NCBI GenBank assembly: GCA_963768655.1
Contig: CAVYIM010000004.1
Coordinates: 96,001 to 160,000, forward strand
Direction: 5' to 3'
Source: an uncultured Chloroflexia bacterium
Lineage (GTDB): Bacteria > Chloroflexota > Limnocylindria > Limnocylindrales > CSP1-4
DNA length: 64,000 nt
The translations under genes were made by a program, and so were the position numbers. Below, piece by piece: positions 20,875 through 30,564 of the stretch. Position 1 is the first letter of the stretch. Each line of letters begins with the position of its first letter. The notes below the pieces were generated by a model. That model had not been told where the DNA came from. It saw only the letters and a program-made list of their open reading frames with translations, and did not search any database.

Positions 20875-20996
20875 CCTGACGGGACCGTCGCTCGGGTGAA
20901 GGCCACGCGGCGAAAGGCCCTTCGATTGCGGGCTTCTGCCCTCTCTGATACGGTTGCGCCCGGCCGGTGCCCGTCCCGCGCCGCAGGAGTTCTGTA

Positions 20997-22274
20997 TTGC
21001 CTTCGCCCGCGAGTCCCACGCTTCGAGCTCTGCGCAGACTGGTCGCGCGCGATCCTGAGGCGCCGATCCGCCTGAAGCTTGGCGTTACGCGAGCCTCGCT
21101 GACCGCTTCGCTGCGCGACGCCGCCCGCCCGGCAGGCGATTCGATCCGCGAGCTTCTGGGCGGCGCTCTCAGGGCGGGAGCCTCCGGGTCGGAAGGAGCC
21201 ACGAGCCCGGCCGGAGCGCTCGGTGGACCGCTGGCTGGAGTCAGGCGCCACCGCCACGTCCTTCCACTGGGCGCCTGCCTGCTTCTCGTCGCCGTCGCCG
21301 CGGTCAGCGCCATGACCCCGGTCTCGGCCGTCGGCGCTCCGGCCGCGACTCCGGGCGACAGCCCGGCCGTCGCCAGCGCCGACAGCGGCACGGACCAGAC
21401 CACGGACCAGACAACGACGGATACGAGTGCCGAGTCGGACCAGGGCGACAGCAACGTCTACAACGTCATCCAGACAGTTGCCATCCCGCCCGGCTCCAGC
21501 GACTACCAGCTCTACGTGGTCCAGGGCGGCGACAGCCTCGGCAAGATCGCCGCGAAGTTCGGGCTCAGCGTCAACACCGTCTATTGGGCCAACACCAGCC
21601 GCCTTCCGAACCCCTCATCGATCCGCGTCGGCTTGAAGCTGCTGATCCCGCCGGCCAACGGGGTCACCGTGACCGTCAAGGTCAACAACACCGTCAGCGG
21701 GTTCGCGGCCAGGTACAAGGTGTCGACCCAGAAGATCATGGTGGCCAACGGCATGTCCGATGCCACGCTCACCGTGGGACAACTGCTGGTCATTCCGGTC
21801 GCCCAGATCCCGGCCATCCCGACGCCCAAGCCGGCCAGCGGGTCCGGCGGCGGTACCAGCACGGCGTGGCACGGCGGAAAGCTCCGCTGGCCCGTGCCCG
21901 GCCACACCACGCTCAGCCAGGGCTACTGGTCCGGCCACCGCGCCATAGACATCCCGGCACCCATGGGCAGTCCCGTCGTGGCCGCGTATGCCGGCACCGT
22001 CATCTTCGCCGGCTGGAAGTACGCGGGCTCGGCCGGCTACGGCGGCGGTCTCGTCGTCTGGATCTCGCACGGCGGGAAGCTGTGGACGACCTATAACCAT
22101 CTTTCCGCCGAGTTCGTCCACGTGGGACAGGTGGTATCGGCCGGGCAGCGCATCGGCAGCATCGGCATGACCGGCAATGCCACCGGGCCGCACCTTCACT
22201 TCGAGGTCTGGGCCTGCTACCCCTGGACGGGCCTCACCACGGCCTGTGCCAGGAACCCTCTCAACTACTTCTGA
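20997..22274 (+). CDS. Membrane-anchored LysM + M23 peptidase
   Basis: TM segment, two LysM-like repeats (YVVQGGDSLGKIAAKFGLS...) and M23 motifs HRAID and PHLHFE. SD AGGAG precedes TTG 20997. Confidence 0.88.
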   Translation: MPSPASPTLRALRRLVARDPEAPIRLKLGVTRASLTASLRDAARPAGDSIRELLGGALRAGASGSEGATSPAGALGGPLAGVRRHRHVLPLGACLLLVAVAAVSAMTPVSAVGAPAATPGDSPAVASADSGTDQTTDQTTTDTSAESDQGDSNVYNVIQTVAIPPGSSDYQLYVVQGGDSLGKIAAKFGLSVNTVYWANTSRLPNPSSIRVGLKLLIPPANGVTVTVKVNNTVSGFAARYKVSTQKIMVANGMSDATLTVGQLLVIPVAQIPAIPTPKPASGSGGGTSTAWHGGKLRWPVPGHTTLSQGYWSGHRAIDIPAPMGSPVVAAYAGTVIFAGWKYAGSAGYGGGLVVWISHGGKLWTTYNHLSAEFVHVGQVVSAGQRIGSIGMTGNATGPHLHFEVWACYPWTGLTTACARNPLNYF

Positions 22275-22401
22275 GCTGGCGCGTCTGAGCTGGCGCGATC
22301 GCCCGATCGCCCGCCGGATCAGAGTGCGCTCTAAGGCCCCGGTCGCCGATTCATGACACGGCTGCCCGGGTCTCGTCCGAGCCGCATGCGAGAATTGACC
22401 G

Positions 22402-23694
22402 GTGTTCTTCGATTCTGTCCGCGTCTGGATACGTGCCGGTGACGGCGGCGACGGCGCCGCGACCTTCCGGCACGAAGCCCACGTGCCCCGCGGCGGCCCC
22501 GACGGCGGCGACGGCGGACGGGGCGGGTCGATCTACCTGACCGTCGATCCGGGCGAGACGAGCCTGCGCGACTACCGCCACCGGTATCATTTCAAGGCGG
22601 CGGCCGGGGGTCGTGGCAGCGGTCAGAAGAAGCACGGCAAGGCCGGCGACGACCTGATCCTGAAGGTTCCGCCCGGTACGGGCGTGTTCGACGAATTGTC
22701 AGGCGACCTGCTGGGCGACCTGGTCGCGTCGGGGCAGACCCTGATGGTCGGGCGCGGCGGACGGGGCGGCCTCGGCAACGTGCATTTCGCGACCTCCACC
22801 AACCAGGCCCCCAAACATGCCCAGAACGGCGAGCCGGGCGAAGAGCGCCAGGTCCGGCTGGAGCTGCGGCTCCTCGCCGACGTGGGCCTGGTGGGGCTGC
22901 CCAACGCCGGCAAGTCCACGCTCCTCGCGGCGCTGACGGCGGCCCGGCCAAAGATTGCCGACTACCCGTTCACGACCCTCGAGCCGAACCTGGGCGTTCT
23001 GGATCTCGGCGACGAGGACAGCCGTCGACCGACGATCGCGGACGTGCCGGGCCTGATCGAGGGAGCCAGCTCCGGAGCCGGGCTGGGCCATGCCTTCCTG
23101 CGTCACGTCGAACGGACGCGTGTCCTGGTCCATGTCGTCGACGGCTCGGATCGCGACCCGGAATGGAGCTACAACGTCATCCGCGACGAGCTCGGCGCGC
23201 ACGATCCGGCGCTGCTGACGAAACCGCTGCTCGTGGCGTTCAACAAGATGGATCGGCTCGCCGCCGCCGAGACATGGCCGGCGTTCCGGGATGCCCGTGC
23301 CGCGCAGAGCGTCGCCGCGGTCGCGATCTCCGCCCAGACGGGCGCCAATCTGGCGGAGCTGCGAGAGCGACTGTCGAAGCTGTTGCCCTCTGCCGAGGAG
23401 CTGGCCGAGCCGCCGGAGCCGGCGGGCATCGTCGTCCACCGACTCGAGTCGGCCGGCAACGCATTCACCGTGGCCCGCGAGGACGGCGTGCTCGTGGTCC
23501 ACGGCCGAAGGATCGAACGCCTGGCCGCCCAGACCAACTTCGACGTCGAAGAGTCGGCCGAGCGCTTCCAGGAAGACCTGATCCGCCTCGGTATCGACCA
23601 CGAGCTGCGACGCCAGGGCGTGGCGCCGGGCGATACGGTGCGCATCGGCGGCAGCGAGCTCGAGTGGGAGCCGGACGCGTGGGACGAGCGGTGA
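22402..23694 (+). CDS. obgE: GTPase ObgE/CgtA
   Basis: Gly-rich Obg fold, GLPNAGKST, YPFTT, DVPG, NKMD and a C-terminal OCT-type domain. Confidence 0.98.
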   Translation: MFFDSVRVWIRAGDGGDGAATFRHEAHVPRGGPDGGDGGRGGSIYLTVDPGETSLRDYRHRYHFKAAAGGRGSGQKKHGKAGDDLILKVPPGTGVFDELSGDLLGDLVASGQTLMVGRGGRGGLGNVHFATSTNQAPKHAQNGEPGEERQVRLELRLLADVGLVGLPNAGKSTLLAALTAARPKIADYPFTTLEPNLGVLDLGDEDSRRPTIADVPGLIEGASSGAGLGHAFLRHVERTRVLVHVVDGSDRDPEWSYNVIRDELGAHDPALLTKPLLVAFNKMDRLAAAETWPAFRDARAAQSVAAVAISAQTGANLAELRERLSKLLPSAEELAEPPEPAGIVVHRLESAGNAFTVAREDGVLVVHGRRIERLAAQTNFDVEESAERFQEDLIRLGIDHELRRQGVAPGDTVRIGGSELEWEPDAWDER

Positions 23695-24407
23695 ACGGGC
23701 GGAGCGGCGGCCCGGCCCCCGGACCGTCCACTGGCCCCGGTGCCGGTGCGGCGCTCGCGCCCACGGATCGGCGCGTCGGGATCCTGGGCGGCACCTTCGA
23801 CCCTGTTCACTACGGCCACCTGGTCATCGCCGAACAGGTCCGCGAGGCCCTGTCGCTGGATCGCGTGCTGTTCGTCCCGGCGGCCGTTCCGCCACACCGG
23901 ATCGGTCTCTCGATCACGTCGGCGGAGCATCGGGCGGCGCTGGTGGAGCTGGCCATCGCCGGTAACCGGAGGTTCGCCGTCAGCCGGATGGAGCTCGAGC
24001 GCGGTGGCCCCTCGTATACCGCGGATACCCTGCAGATCCTGGCCGAGGAGGCGGCTCGGCAGGGAGTGGCCCGGGACCTCTTCTTCATTCTCTCGACCGA
24101 AGCCCTTGCCGCTCTGCCGGACTGGCACGATCCGGAACGGGTTCTGTCGCTGTGTCGTCTGGCGGTCGTCCCGCGCCCGGGCGCTCCGCTGCCTTCGGCG
24201 GCGGAGCTGGCGGCCCGTTTCGGCGATCAAGCCGGCCGGATCGTCGCGGTCGAGACCGTGCCGCTGGCCCATTCCGCCTCGGCCGTGCGTGCCCGCGCCG
24301 CCGCCGGTCAATCGATTCGCTATCTCGTGCCGCCGGCCGTGGAGGCCTACATCTGCGACCATCGGCTGTATCGTTCCGACAACCCCTCGGAGGATTGCCC
24401 GAAGTGA
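23691..24407 (+). CDS. nadD: Nicotinate-nucleotide adenylyltransferase
   Basis: GILGGTFDPVHYGH, SYTADTL, WHDPE and SIRYLVP. The GTG overlaps the obgE stop. Confidence 0.95.
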   Translation: MNGRSGGPAPGPSTGPGAGAALAPTDRRVGILGGTFDPVHYGHLVIAEQVREALSLDRVLFVPAAVPPHRIGLSITSAEHRAALVELAIAGNRRFAVSRMELERGGPSYTADTLQILAEEAARQGVARDLFFILSTEALAALPDWHDPERVLSLCRLAVVPRPGAPLPSAAELAARFGDQAGRIVAVETVPLAHSASAVRARAAAGQSIRYLVPPAVEAYICDHRLYRSDNPSEDCPK

Positions 24408-24964
24408 CCGACCCCACGCCCTCGACGAACGCGATGCCCAGCCCGGACGGCCTGCCGAGGCGGCGCAAGCCGCTCGTCCGCGCCGCCGCGGCCGCTCCGT
24501 CAGAGGAAGCACTGGCCGAGCGGGAGGCCGCCGCCTTTGAGGCCGACGAGGCCGCCGCCGAAGCCGCGGCGCCTGCCGAGCCGCCGATCGAGGAAACCCT
24601 CCTGCAGCGTGGCCTGCGCCTGAGCTCGCTCGAGATTGCCCGCAAGATCGTCGACGCGGCCGAGGACAAGAAGGCCGCCGACATCGTCCTGCTCGACGTG
24701 TCCGAGCTGACCTCCATGGCGGACTACTTCGTCATCTGCTCGGGCGGTTCGGAGCGCCAGCTGGGCGCCATCGGCGACGGCATCGCCGAGAAGCTGCGCG
24801 CGGAGGGCGTCCGGCCGATCGGCCGCGAGGGCGGATCCAACTCGCACTGGACGTTGCTGGACTTCGGCGCCGTCATCGTCCACGTCTTCGCCCCGCCGGA
24901 ACGCGACTACTACCAGCTCGAGCGCCACTGGGCCAAGGCGAAGACGGTGCTACGCGTCCAGTAG
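24404..24964 (+). CDS. rsfS: Ribosome silencing factor with an N-terminal extension
   Basis: DKKAADIVLLDV, DYFVICSG, WTLLDFGAVIVHVF and RDYYQLERHW, in the usual nadD-rsfS order. Confidence 0.93.
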   Translation: MTDPTPSTNAMPSPDGLPRRRKPLVRAAAAAPSEEALAEREAAAFEADEAAAEAAAPAEPPIEETLLQRGLRLSSLEIARKIVDAAEDKKAADIVLLDVSELTSMADYFVICSGGSERQLGAIGDGIAEKLRAEGVRPIGREGGSNSHWTLLDFGAVIVHVFAPPERDYYQLERHWAKAKTVLRVQ

Positions 24965-25098
24965 GATCGCCGTTCCGGCCGGACGGGCGCGCGATGTGAA
25001 CCGAATCGATCAGCTGTCTGCGCCCGGCCGCTCGATTCCGTAAACTGCATTAGCCGGCGATCACCTGCCGGACACCGCAAGTCTGTGGAGACTCCGCC

Positions 25099-25515
25099 AC
25101 GACCACGCCCTACGCACCCGAACGACGCCCGCACCGCGCCCCCACGATCGTCGACTACGTCAACATCCGGTGGGTCGACGAGTGGTGCAAGCGCTGCAAC
25201 ATCTGCGTCGAGATCTGCCCCAAAGCCAGCCTGCTGCTGACTCACGACGCGATCATCGAAGCCACGGACTGCATCCGCTGCGGCCTGTGCGAGCGCTACT
25301 GCCCGGACCTCGCGATCGAGATCCTGCCCAAGCGCGACGAGAACGGCAGGCTTCCGGCCGCCGCCCAGGCGGAAGAGGCTGCCTCCGCGCACAACGTCGC
25401 TCCGCAACACATTCCCGACGTCGCCCGGGGTCCGGCGGTCGCCGGTACCGATCCACATCGCGGCATCACCGACACGGAGAGCGCTCCGAACGTCGACCGC
25501 GACAATCCGACCTGA
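25099..25515 (+). CDS. 2x[4Fe-4S] ferredoxin-like delta subunit of the 2-oxoacid:ferredoxin oxidoreductase; no canonical start codon
   Basis: Frame 1 encodes WCKRCNICVEICP and CIRCGLCERYCPDLAI and stops at TGA 25513-25515. No in-frame ATG/GTG/TTG follows the TAG at 25051. GGAG lies 8 nt upstream of ACG 25099. Absent from the ORF track. Confidence 0.85.
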   Translation, partial: TTTPYAPERRPHRAPTIVDYVNIRWVDEWCKRCNICVEICPKASLLLTHDAIIEATDCIRCGLCERYCPDLAIEILPKRDENGRLPAAAQAEEAASAHNVAPQHIPDVARGPAVAGTDPHRGITDTESAPNVDRDNPT

Positions 25516-25531
25516 TCGGACAGGACACACG

Positions 25532-26623
25532 ATGACCAAGCGACTCGTCCAGGGCAACGAGGCCGTGCTGCTCGGCGCCATCAAGGCTGGAGCGTCTCAC
25601 TTCGCCGGCTATCCGATCAGCCCGTCGTCGGAGATCCTGGCCCAGGCCTCCGTGTATGCCGCGAGCCATCCAGAGTTCCGCTTCCTGCAGGAGGAGGACG
25701 AGATCGCCAGCGCCAACGCGATCCTGGGCGCCAGCCTGGCGGGTGCGAAGTCGTTCACAGCCACCTCCGGGCCGGGCTTCAGCCTGATGCAGGAGGCGAT
25801 CGGCTACGGCCATAAGGTCGGCATTCCCTGCGTCCTCGTGGACGTCATGCGCGTCGGACCCGCGACCGGCATGCCCACGATGCCCGGCCAGGGCGATCTC
25901 AACCAAGCCCGCTACGGTTCCACGGGCGACTACACGAGCTTCGTCTTCTACCCGTCGACCGTGGCCGAGTGCTACGAGTACACGATCCAGGCCTTCAACG
26001 CCGCGGAGGAGAGCCGAAGCCCGGTCATTCTCCTCTCCGACGCGTTCCTCGGCCATCTCAACGAAGTGGCGGACCTGGACGCGATCGACGTGCCGGTGGT
26101 CCCACGGACGCTCGAGCCTCTCGCCTCCGGCGGCACCCGGCTTTTCTCCGGCGTGGCCACATACCCCGACGGCGAGCCGGCCACCGCGGACGCCGACGAG
26201 TTCATCCGCCAGTACAACGAGTCCCGCGACCATCGCATCAAGGTTGCGGAGAAATACGCGTTCTATGAGTACGACTGGAACAAGGACTCCGAGACGCTGG
26301 TGATCGCGTTCGGCATCACCCGCCGCATTGCCCAGCCGCTCGCCGCTCATTTCGCACTCTTCCGGCCGATCCGGATCTGGCCCACCCTGGACCGCGAGCT
26401 GACCGAGATTGCCCCGCGCTACAAGAACATCATCGTCATCGAAGGCAGCGATGGGCAGTACGCCAACGTCGTGGAGCGGATGCTCTTCCGCCGCGTCGAG
26501 CGCGTGCCGCTGCTGGGCGGCCGGATGAGCCTCGAGGCCATCCGCGAAGGCCTCGCCCGCATCGGCATGCTTCCGGCAGAGCTCATGCCGCCCGCCTCCC
26601 AGTCGCCGGCCCACGACGGCTGA
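25532..26623 (+). CDS. korA: 2-oxoacid:ferredoxin oxidoreductase alpha subunit
   Basis: GNEA, AGYPISPSSE, EDEI, TATSGPGFSLMQE and RVGPATGMPT. Substrate not determinable from sequence. Confidence 0.88.
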   Translation: MTKRLVQGNEAVLLGAIKAGASHFAGYPISPSSEILAQASVYAASHPEFRFLQEEDEIASANAILGASLAGAKSFTATSGPGFSLMQEAIGYGHKVGIPCVLVDVMRVGPATGMPTMPGQGDLNQARYGSTGDYTSFVFYPSTVAECYEYTIQAFNAAEESRSPVILLSDAFLGHLNEVADLDAIDVPVVPRTLEPLASGGTRLFSGVATYPDGEPATADADEFIRQYNESRDHRIKVAEKYAFYEYDWNKDSETLVIAFGITRRIAQPLAAHFALFRPIRIWPTLDRELTEIAPRYKNIIVIEGSDGQYANVVERMLFRRVERVPLLGGRMSLEAIREGLARIGMLPAELMPPASQSPAHDG

Positions 26624-26649
26624 CCGCGTCCCCGCAGAGGTTCACCGCA

Positions 26650-27435
26650 ATGGCTGTCAAGGACAAGCTCAAGACCGATCTCTTCCCGACGATCTGGTGC
26701 CCCGGCTGCGGCATCGGCCTGATCATGCAGCAGCTGGCCACCGTCATGGACGAGCTCGGCCTCGACAAGAACAACACCGTCCTGGTGACCGGGATCGGCT
26801 GCACCGGCCGAATGGGCGCCTACATGAACTTCGAGTCCGTGTACACGCTCCACGGTCGAACGTTGCCGGTGGCAGAAGCCATCAAGATGGTGCGACCCGA
26901 GCTGCACGTCCTGGTCGTCTCCGGCGACGGCGACATTGCCTCTATCGGTGGCAACCATTTGCTCCACTCGATCCGCCGGAACCCGAACATCACAGTTCTA
27001 TGCAACAACAACGAGATCTACGGCCTGACGGGCGGTCAGACCGGACCGACCACGCCGACGGGCACGAACACGATCTCGTCGCCGGCAGGCGCAACCTACA
27101 CGCCGATCAACCTGCAGGGCGTCGTCAACACCAACCCGAACGCTTACTACGCCAAGACCACGGTCTACCACCAGGGGCCGATGCGCAAGGCGATCAGGGA
27201 AGCGATCGAGTGGCCGGGCTTCGCGTTCGTCGACATCGCCAGTCAGTGCATCGAGAACAACGGCCGGCGGATCGGGTTCGCGAGCGCGAACGACATGCTG
27301 CAGCACTACCGTACCGAGTACAAGGCGGCGCCTCCCGGCTCGACGCACCTGGAGCCGCATCAGACCGGCATCATCAAGGGTCAGCCGCTGCCCGTGGCGG
27401 GTTCGGCCCGGTCCGGCAACGGGTCGGGCGAGTAG
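26650..27435 (+). CDS. korB: 2-oxoacid:ferredoxin oxidoreductase beta subunit (ThDP-binding)
   Basis: WCPGCG, GIGC, HGR, SGDGD...NN and YGLTGGQ. Confidence 0.9.
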   Translation: MAVKDKLKTDLFPTIWCPGCGIGLIMQQLATVMDELGLDKNNTVLVTGIGCTGRMGAYMNFESVYTLHGRTLPVAEAIKMVRPELHVLVVSGDGDIASIGGNHLLHSIRRNPNITVLCNNNEIYGLTGGQTGPTTPTGTNTISSPAGATYTPINLQGVVNTNPNAYYAKTTVYHQGPMRKAIREAIEWPGFAFVDIASQCIENNGRRIGFASANDMLQHYRTEYKAAPPGSTHLEPHQTGIIKGQPLPVAGSARSGNGSGE

Positions 27436-27460
27436 GCCCGGGCAGGGCGAGGAGGATCGG

Positions 27461-28075
27461 ATGGCGGCCAAGTCCATCGTCATCGACGGCGTCGGGGGTC
27501 AGGGCGTCCGGGTTATCGGCAGTACCATGGCCAGCCTGCTGGCGGTCATGGGCTATGAGGTCACGCTCCTGTTCGACTACGACTCGTCGGTCCGCGGCGG
27601 CATGAGCGAAGCTTTCCTCGAGTACGACCGCGAGCCGATCTCCAACTTCGTCGTCGAGTGCGCCGACGTCGTCTTGCGCCTCGCCGACCGCGGCCCGAAT
27701 CACCTGACTGCGGACTACGTCATCGCCGACATCGGCCTGACCAGGGCCGGCGAGCGCGGCGAGGAGATCCCGTTCCTGCAGCTGGGCGTCGAGAAGTTCG
27801 GGCGGGATCTCTTCGGCAACATGATCGCCCTGGGCCGTTTGCTGTGCATCTGCGACGTCGACTTCACCGACCAGCACCTGACCGAGGCGCTGCCCAAGAA
27901 GTACATCGACGAGAACATCGCGGCCATCAAGTACGGCTACGGGCTGGACCGCGACTCGATCAAGGCCATCGTGCCCGAGCAGGCCGCCAGCAGCTTCGCC
28001 GAGCGCTACGCCCAGCGCGTCCTGGCCGGCACCGCGCCGACCGAGGCCGTCGAGCAGGCCGCGGCTCGCAGCTGA
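27461..28075 (+). CDS. korC: 2-oxoacid:ferredoxin oxidoreductase gamma subunit
   Basis: GVGGQG, Y...VRGGMS, NMIALG and ENIAAIKYG. Confidence 0.85.
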   Translation: MAAKSIVIDGVGGQGVRVIGSTMASLLAVMGYEVTLLFDYDSSVRGGMSEAFLEYDREPISNFVVECADVVLRLADRGPNHLTADYVIADIGLTRAGERGEEIPFLQLGVEKFGRDLFGNMIALGRLLCICDVDFTDQHLTEALPKKYIDENIAAIKYGYGLDRDSIKAIVPEQAASSFAERYAQRVLAGTAPTEAVEQAAARS

Positions 28076-28785
28076 TGAGCCCGCGCCACAGGGGCCGCGG
28101 TCGGCGGGGCGGCGGCCCAGGGGGACCCGGAGGCGCCGCCGGCGTCGTGACACCGAACGGGCAGGGGAGCGGCGCAGGCCTCGAAACAGCCGGCGAGGGA
28201 ACGGAGCCGGTCGAAGCGCCAGCGGACGAGGGCGCCACCGGTTCGGGGAATGGGCTCGCCCCCCTGCAGGGGAGTCGACCGAATGACGCGGCCGGCGGCT
28301 CTGCCGGAGGTCCGTCCGGCGGGGGTGGCGGATTCGGCGGCGGCCAGCCCGGTGGGCAGAGACGCCAGCCTCGGGGTCGCCCGACGGGCCGCGCATCCGG
28401 TCCCCGTCCGGCGCCCGTCTCGGCGCTTGCCTCGGCGCCGGCTCCGGCGACTCCAGCCCCTGCGATCGAGGTCGACGAGGACGGCAACCCGGTTCCCGGC
28501 AGGCGTCCCAACTGCACGCTCGCGCAGATGCGCCGCTTCATCAAGAGCCGCCCCTACGTGCCGGTGCACGAGCTTCGCCGCCGTTTCGAGATCGAGGGGA
28601 TCGAGGACGAGGTCAGCCCGGTCGCCACCGAGCACGGCACGATCTATGTGGGCCTTCCGCCCGAGCAGGCCCAGTTCCTGGGAGACCTGATCAGGTCCGG
28701 CGACGTGGGCTGCGAGATGCTCCTCGACCCCGACAGCCCCGGCGTCATCGGCGTCTTCCCGATGAGGCCCATCGCGCGGCAATAG
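28075..28785 (+). CDS. Hypothetical protein: disordered Gly/Pro/Arg-rich N-terminus and a compact C-terminal domain
   Basis: The ATG overlaps the korC stop (TGATG). The C-terminal about 95 aa (CTLAQMRRFIKSRPYVPVHELRRRFEI...) have normal host codon usage. Confidence 0.75.
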   Translation: MSPRHRGRGRRGGGPGGPGGAAGVVTPNGQGSGAGLETAGEGTEPVEAPADEGATGSGNGLAPLQGSRPNDAAGGSAGGPSGGGGGFGGGQPGGQRRQPRGRPTGRASGPRPAPVSALASAPAPATPAPAIEVDEDGNPVPGRRPNCTLAQMRRFIKSRPYVPVHELRRRFEIEGIEDEVSPVATEHGTIYVGLPPEQAQFLGDLIRSGDVGCEMLLDPDSPGVIGVFPMRPIARQ

Positions 28786-28886
28786 CGGCGGTCTCGGTCC
28801 CACTCCAAGCGCGACGCCGACCGCAACCAGCCGACTGCCCCACGACCGTCGAACGCGGTCGCTGCTCGCGGCGGAGAGCTTGCGGA

Positions 28887-29810
28887 TCAGTGGCCGGCTG
28901 TCACGGAGATCGGCTGGGCCTGCAGGTCGATCAAGGTCCGGCTGCCGAGCGGCTTAGCGAGGGTGACCTGGGCTGTCCGGAGCGCGCCAACGGCTGAACA
29001 CATGGCGGGCACGGTGTTCCGGTGCTGCCACACGATCACCACGACCGCGGTGTCCGACTCCACGGCCTCGGCGGTGTAGTCGGCTCCACACGGCTTGTCG
29101 CCGGGATCCGGAGCGCCCTCGACTGTGACCGTGAGGGTCATGCCGCTTGCATCGACGCTGGCCGATTGCACTTGAGCGACCCACGGCTGAGCCACTTGCT
29201 GGCCGGAGGCCTGGTCGTTTGGGGTGGGCACGGGCGGCGCCGTGAACTGGTCTCCCACGGCGACCTGGTCCAGCTTGACGTCGGTGTCCTTCAGGCTGAA
29301 CTCCCACGCAGGGGCCTGGGCCGGTCCTCGGCTGGTCTGGAAGGTGGCGGTCGTGAGTCTCGCGCCGGTGATCTGCAGCGGAGTGCAATCCGGGCAGGGC
29401 CATTGGTTGGTAGCCTTCATGTCGGAGAGGGCCTGCTGGGCCGAGATCACCGGAACGGTGTGGGTCGTTCCGTCCTGCCACTCGATCGTGCCGTCCGGGG
29501 GCGCCCCGGATGGAAGTGGATCCGCAACTACAAAGAGGCCGGCGCCCCACGCTATCTTGGCGTTGTTGCCGTCGATGTTCGGGCCCCAATCGTCGCCGAC
29601 CATGAGGGTGGACTCGCCGACGAGGACGAAGCCCGATCCTCCGGAACCTGCCGCGACGGCGGCGTCCCAGCGGGCGAGCGCCTCCTGCGCCTGCAGATGG
29701 ATCGCAGCCACCTGCGCGCTCGACGCGGGTGCTGCGGTGCATCCCGAGACACCGACGACCAGGCCAACGACGGCGACTATGCGGAATCCTCGCAAGCGTG
29801 CCATCTCCAT
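28887..29810 (-). CDS. Putative lipoprotein of unknown function
   Basis: Signal peptide with lipobox-like VSGC, a CPDC and two further Cys; SD-like GAGGGAGG upstream. Confidence 0.75.
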   Translation of the reverse strand: MEMARLRGFRIVAVVGLVVGVSGCTAAPASSAQVAAIHLQAQEALARWDAAVAAGSGGSGFVLVGESTLMVGDDWGPNIDGNNAKIAWGAGLFVVADPLPSGAPPDGTIEWQDGTTHTVPVISAQQALSDMKATNQWPCPDCTPLQITGARLTTATFQTSRGPAQAPAWEFSLKDTDVKLDQVAVGDQFTAPPVPTPNDQASGQQVAQPWVAQVQSASVDASGMTLTVTVEGAPDPGDKPCGADYTAEAVESDTAVVVIVWQHRNTVPAMCSAVGALRTAQVTLAKPLGSRTLIDLQAQPISVTAGH

Positions 29811-29991
29811 CCTCCCTCATGGGCCCTTCATCCTTGAGTACGGAATCGAGCTTTGAGCGGATCAAACGGAGGCCAGCTGATCCCTGGTTCAGCTTCCGGC
29901 AACGTTCGCTCGACTTCGAGAGAGCCCGTCGACACGTCTTCCTGCCCAACTGAAGATTGAACCGAAGTGCTCGATCGACGCTCTTCCCCTT

Positions 29992-30564
29992 GTGGAGGGC
30001 TTCACAATTCGCGTCGAGGTGGGAGACGAAAGGGCGGTCGTTTCGGGAGCCAGCGCGCAGTTGGTCGGTGCGGCCTGCGCCGGTGGCAGGGATGCCTTCG
30101 GGCGGCTCGTTCGACCGTATCTCGCGTCCGCGGTGGGCGCCGCGACGCTCATTACGGGCAACGATTCAGACGGTGCCGACGCCGTCCAGGACGCGCTCCT
30201 GATCGCCTGGCAGCGGCTTCCACAGCTTCGCAACCCGGGGCTGTTTCAGGCCTGGTTCCGAAGCATCGTCCTCCGATCCGCGCTGCGCACGGCACGACGG
30301 ACCCGACGCATCGTAGAACTGGACCTCGAAGTGGCGGCGCCGGTCGATCAGCTCGACCGAGCCCTCGATCTCCGAACGTTGCGTCGGGCGCTCGCCCGAC
30401 TGGACAGCAAGGATCGTGTGTTGCTGACGTTGCACCACTACTGGGACCTCCCCGTCGCAGAGACGGCCCGTTTGCTCGGAGTGCCCGAAGGGACGGTCAA
30501 GTCGCGAGTCCACCATGCGCTGCACCGGCTTCGCGCCGCCCACGAGGCGGAGGAGCGACGATGA
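29992..30564 (+). CDS. ECF RNA polymerase sigma factor
   Basis: DAVQDALLIAW, LRNPGLFQAWF and region-4 ETARLLGVPEGTVKSRVH. Confidence 0.92.
   Translation: MEGFTIRVEVGDERAVVSGASAQLVGAACAGGRDAFGRLVRPYLASAVGAATLITGNDSDGADAVQDALLIAWQRLPQLRNPGLFQAWFRSIVLRSALRTARRTRRIVELDLEVAAPVDQLDRALDLRTLRRALARLDSKDRVLLTLHHYWDLPVAETARLLGVPEGTVKSRVHHALHRLRAAHEAEERR

Noticed and set aside
20875-20996. c-di-AMP (ydaO) riboswitch upstream of the LysM/M23 gene
   Set aside because: The context fits and GGGTGAA is present, but the other conserved elements are not recognisable. An Rfam scan would settle it.
22271-22312. Short duplications CTGAGCTGGCGCG x2 and GATCGCCC x2 after the M23 gene
   Set aside because: Too short to indicate an insertion site; likely local slippage.
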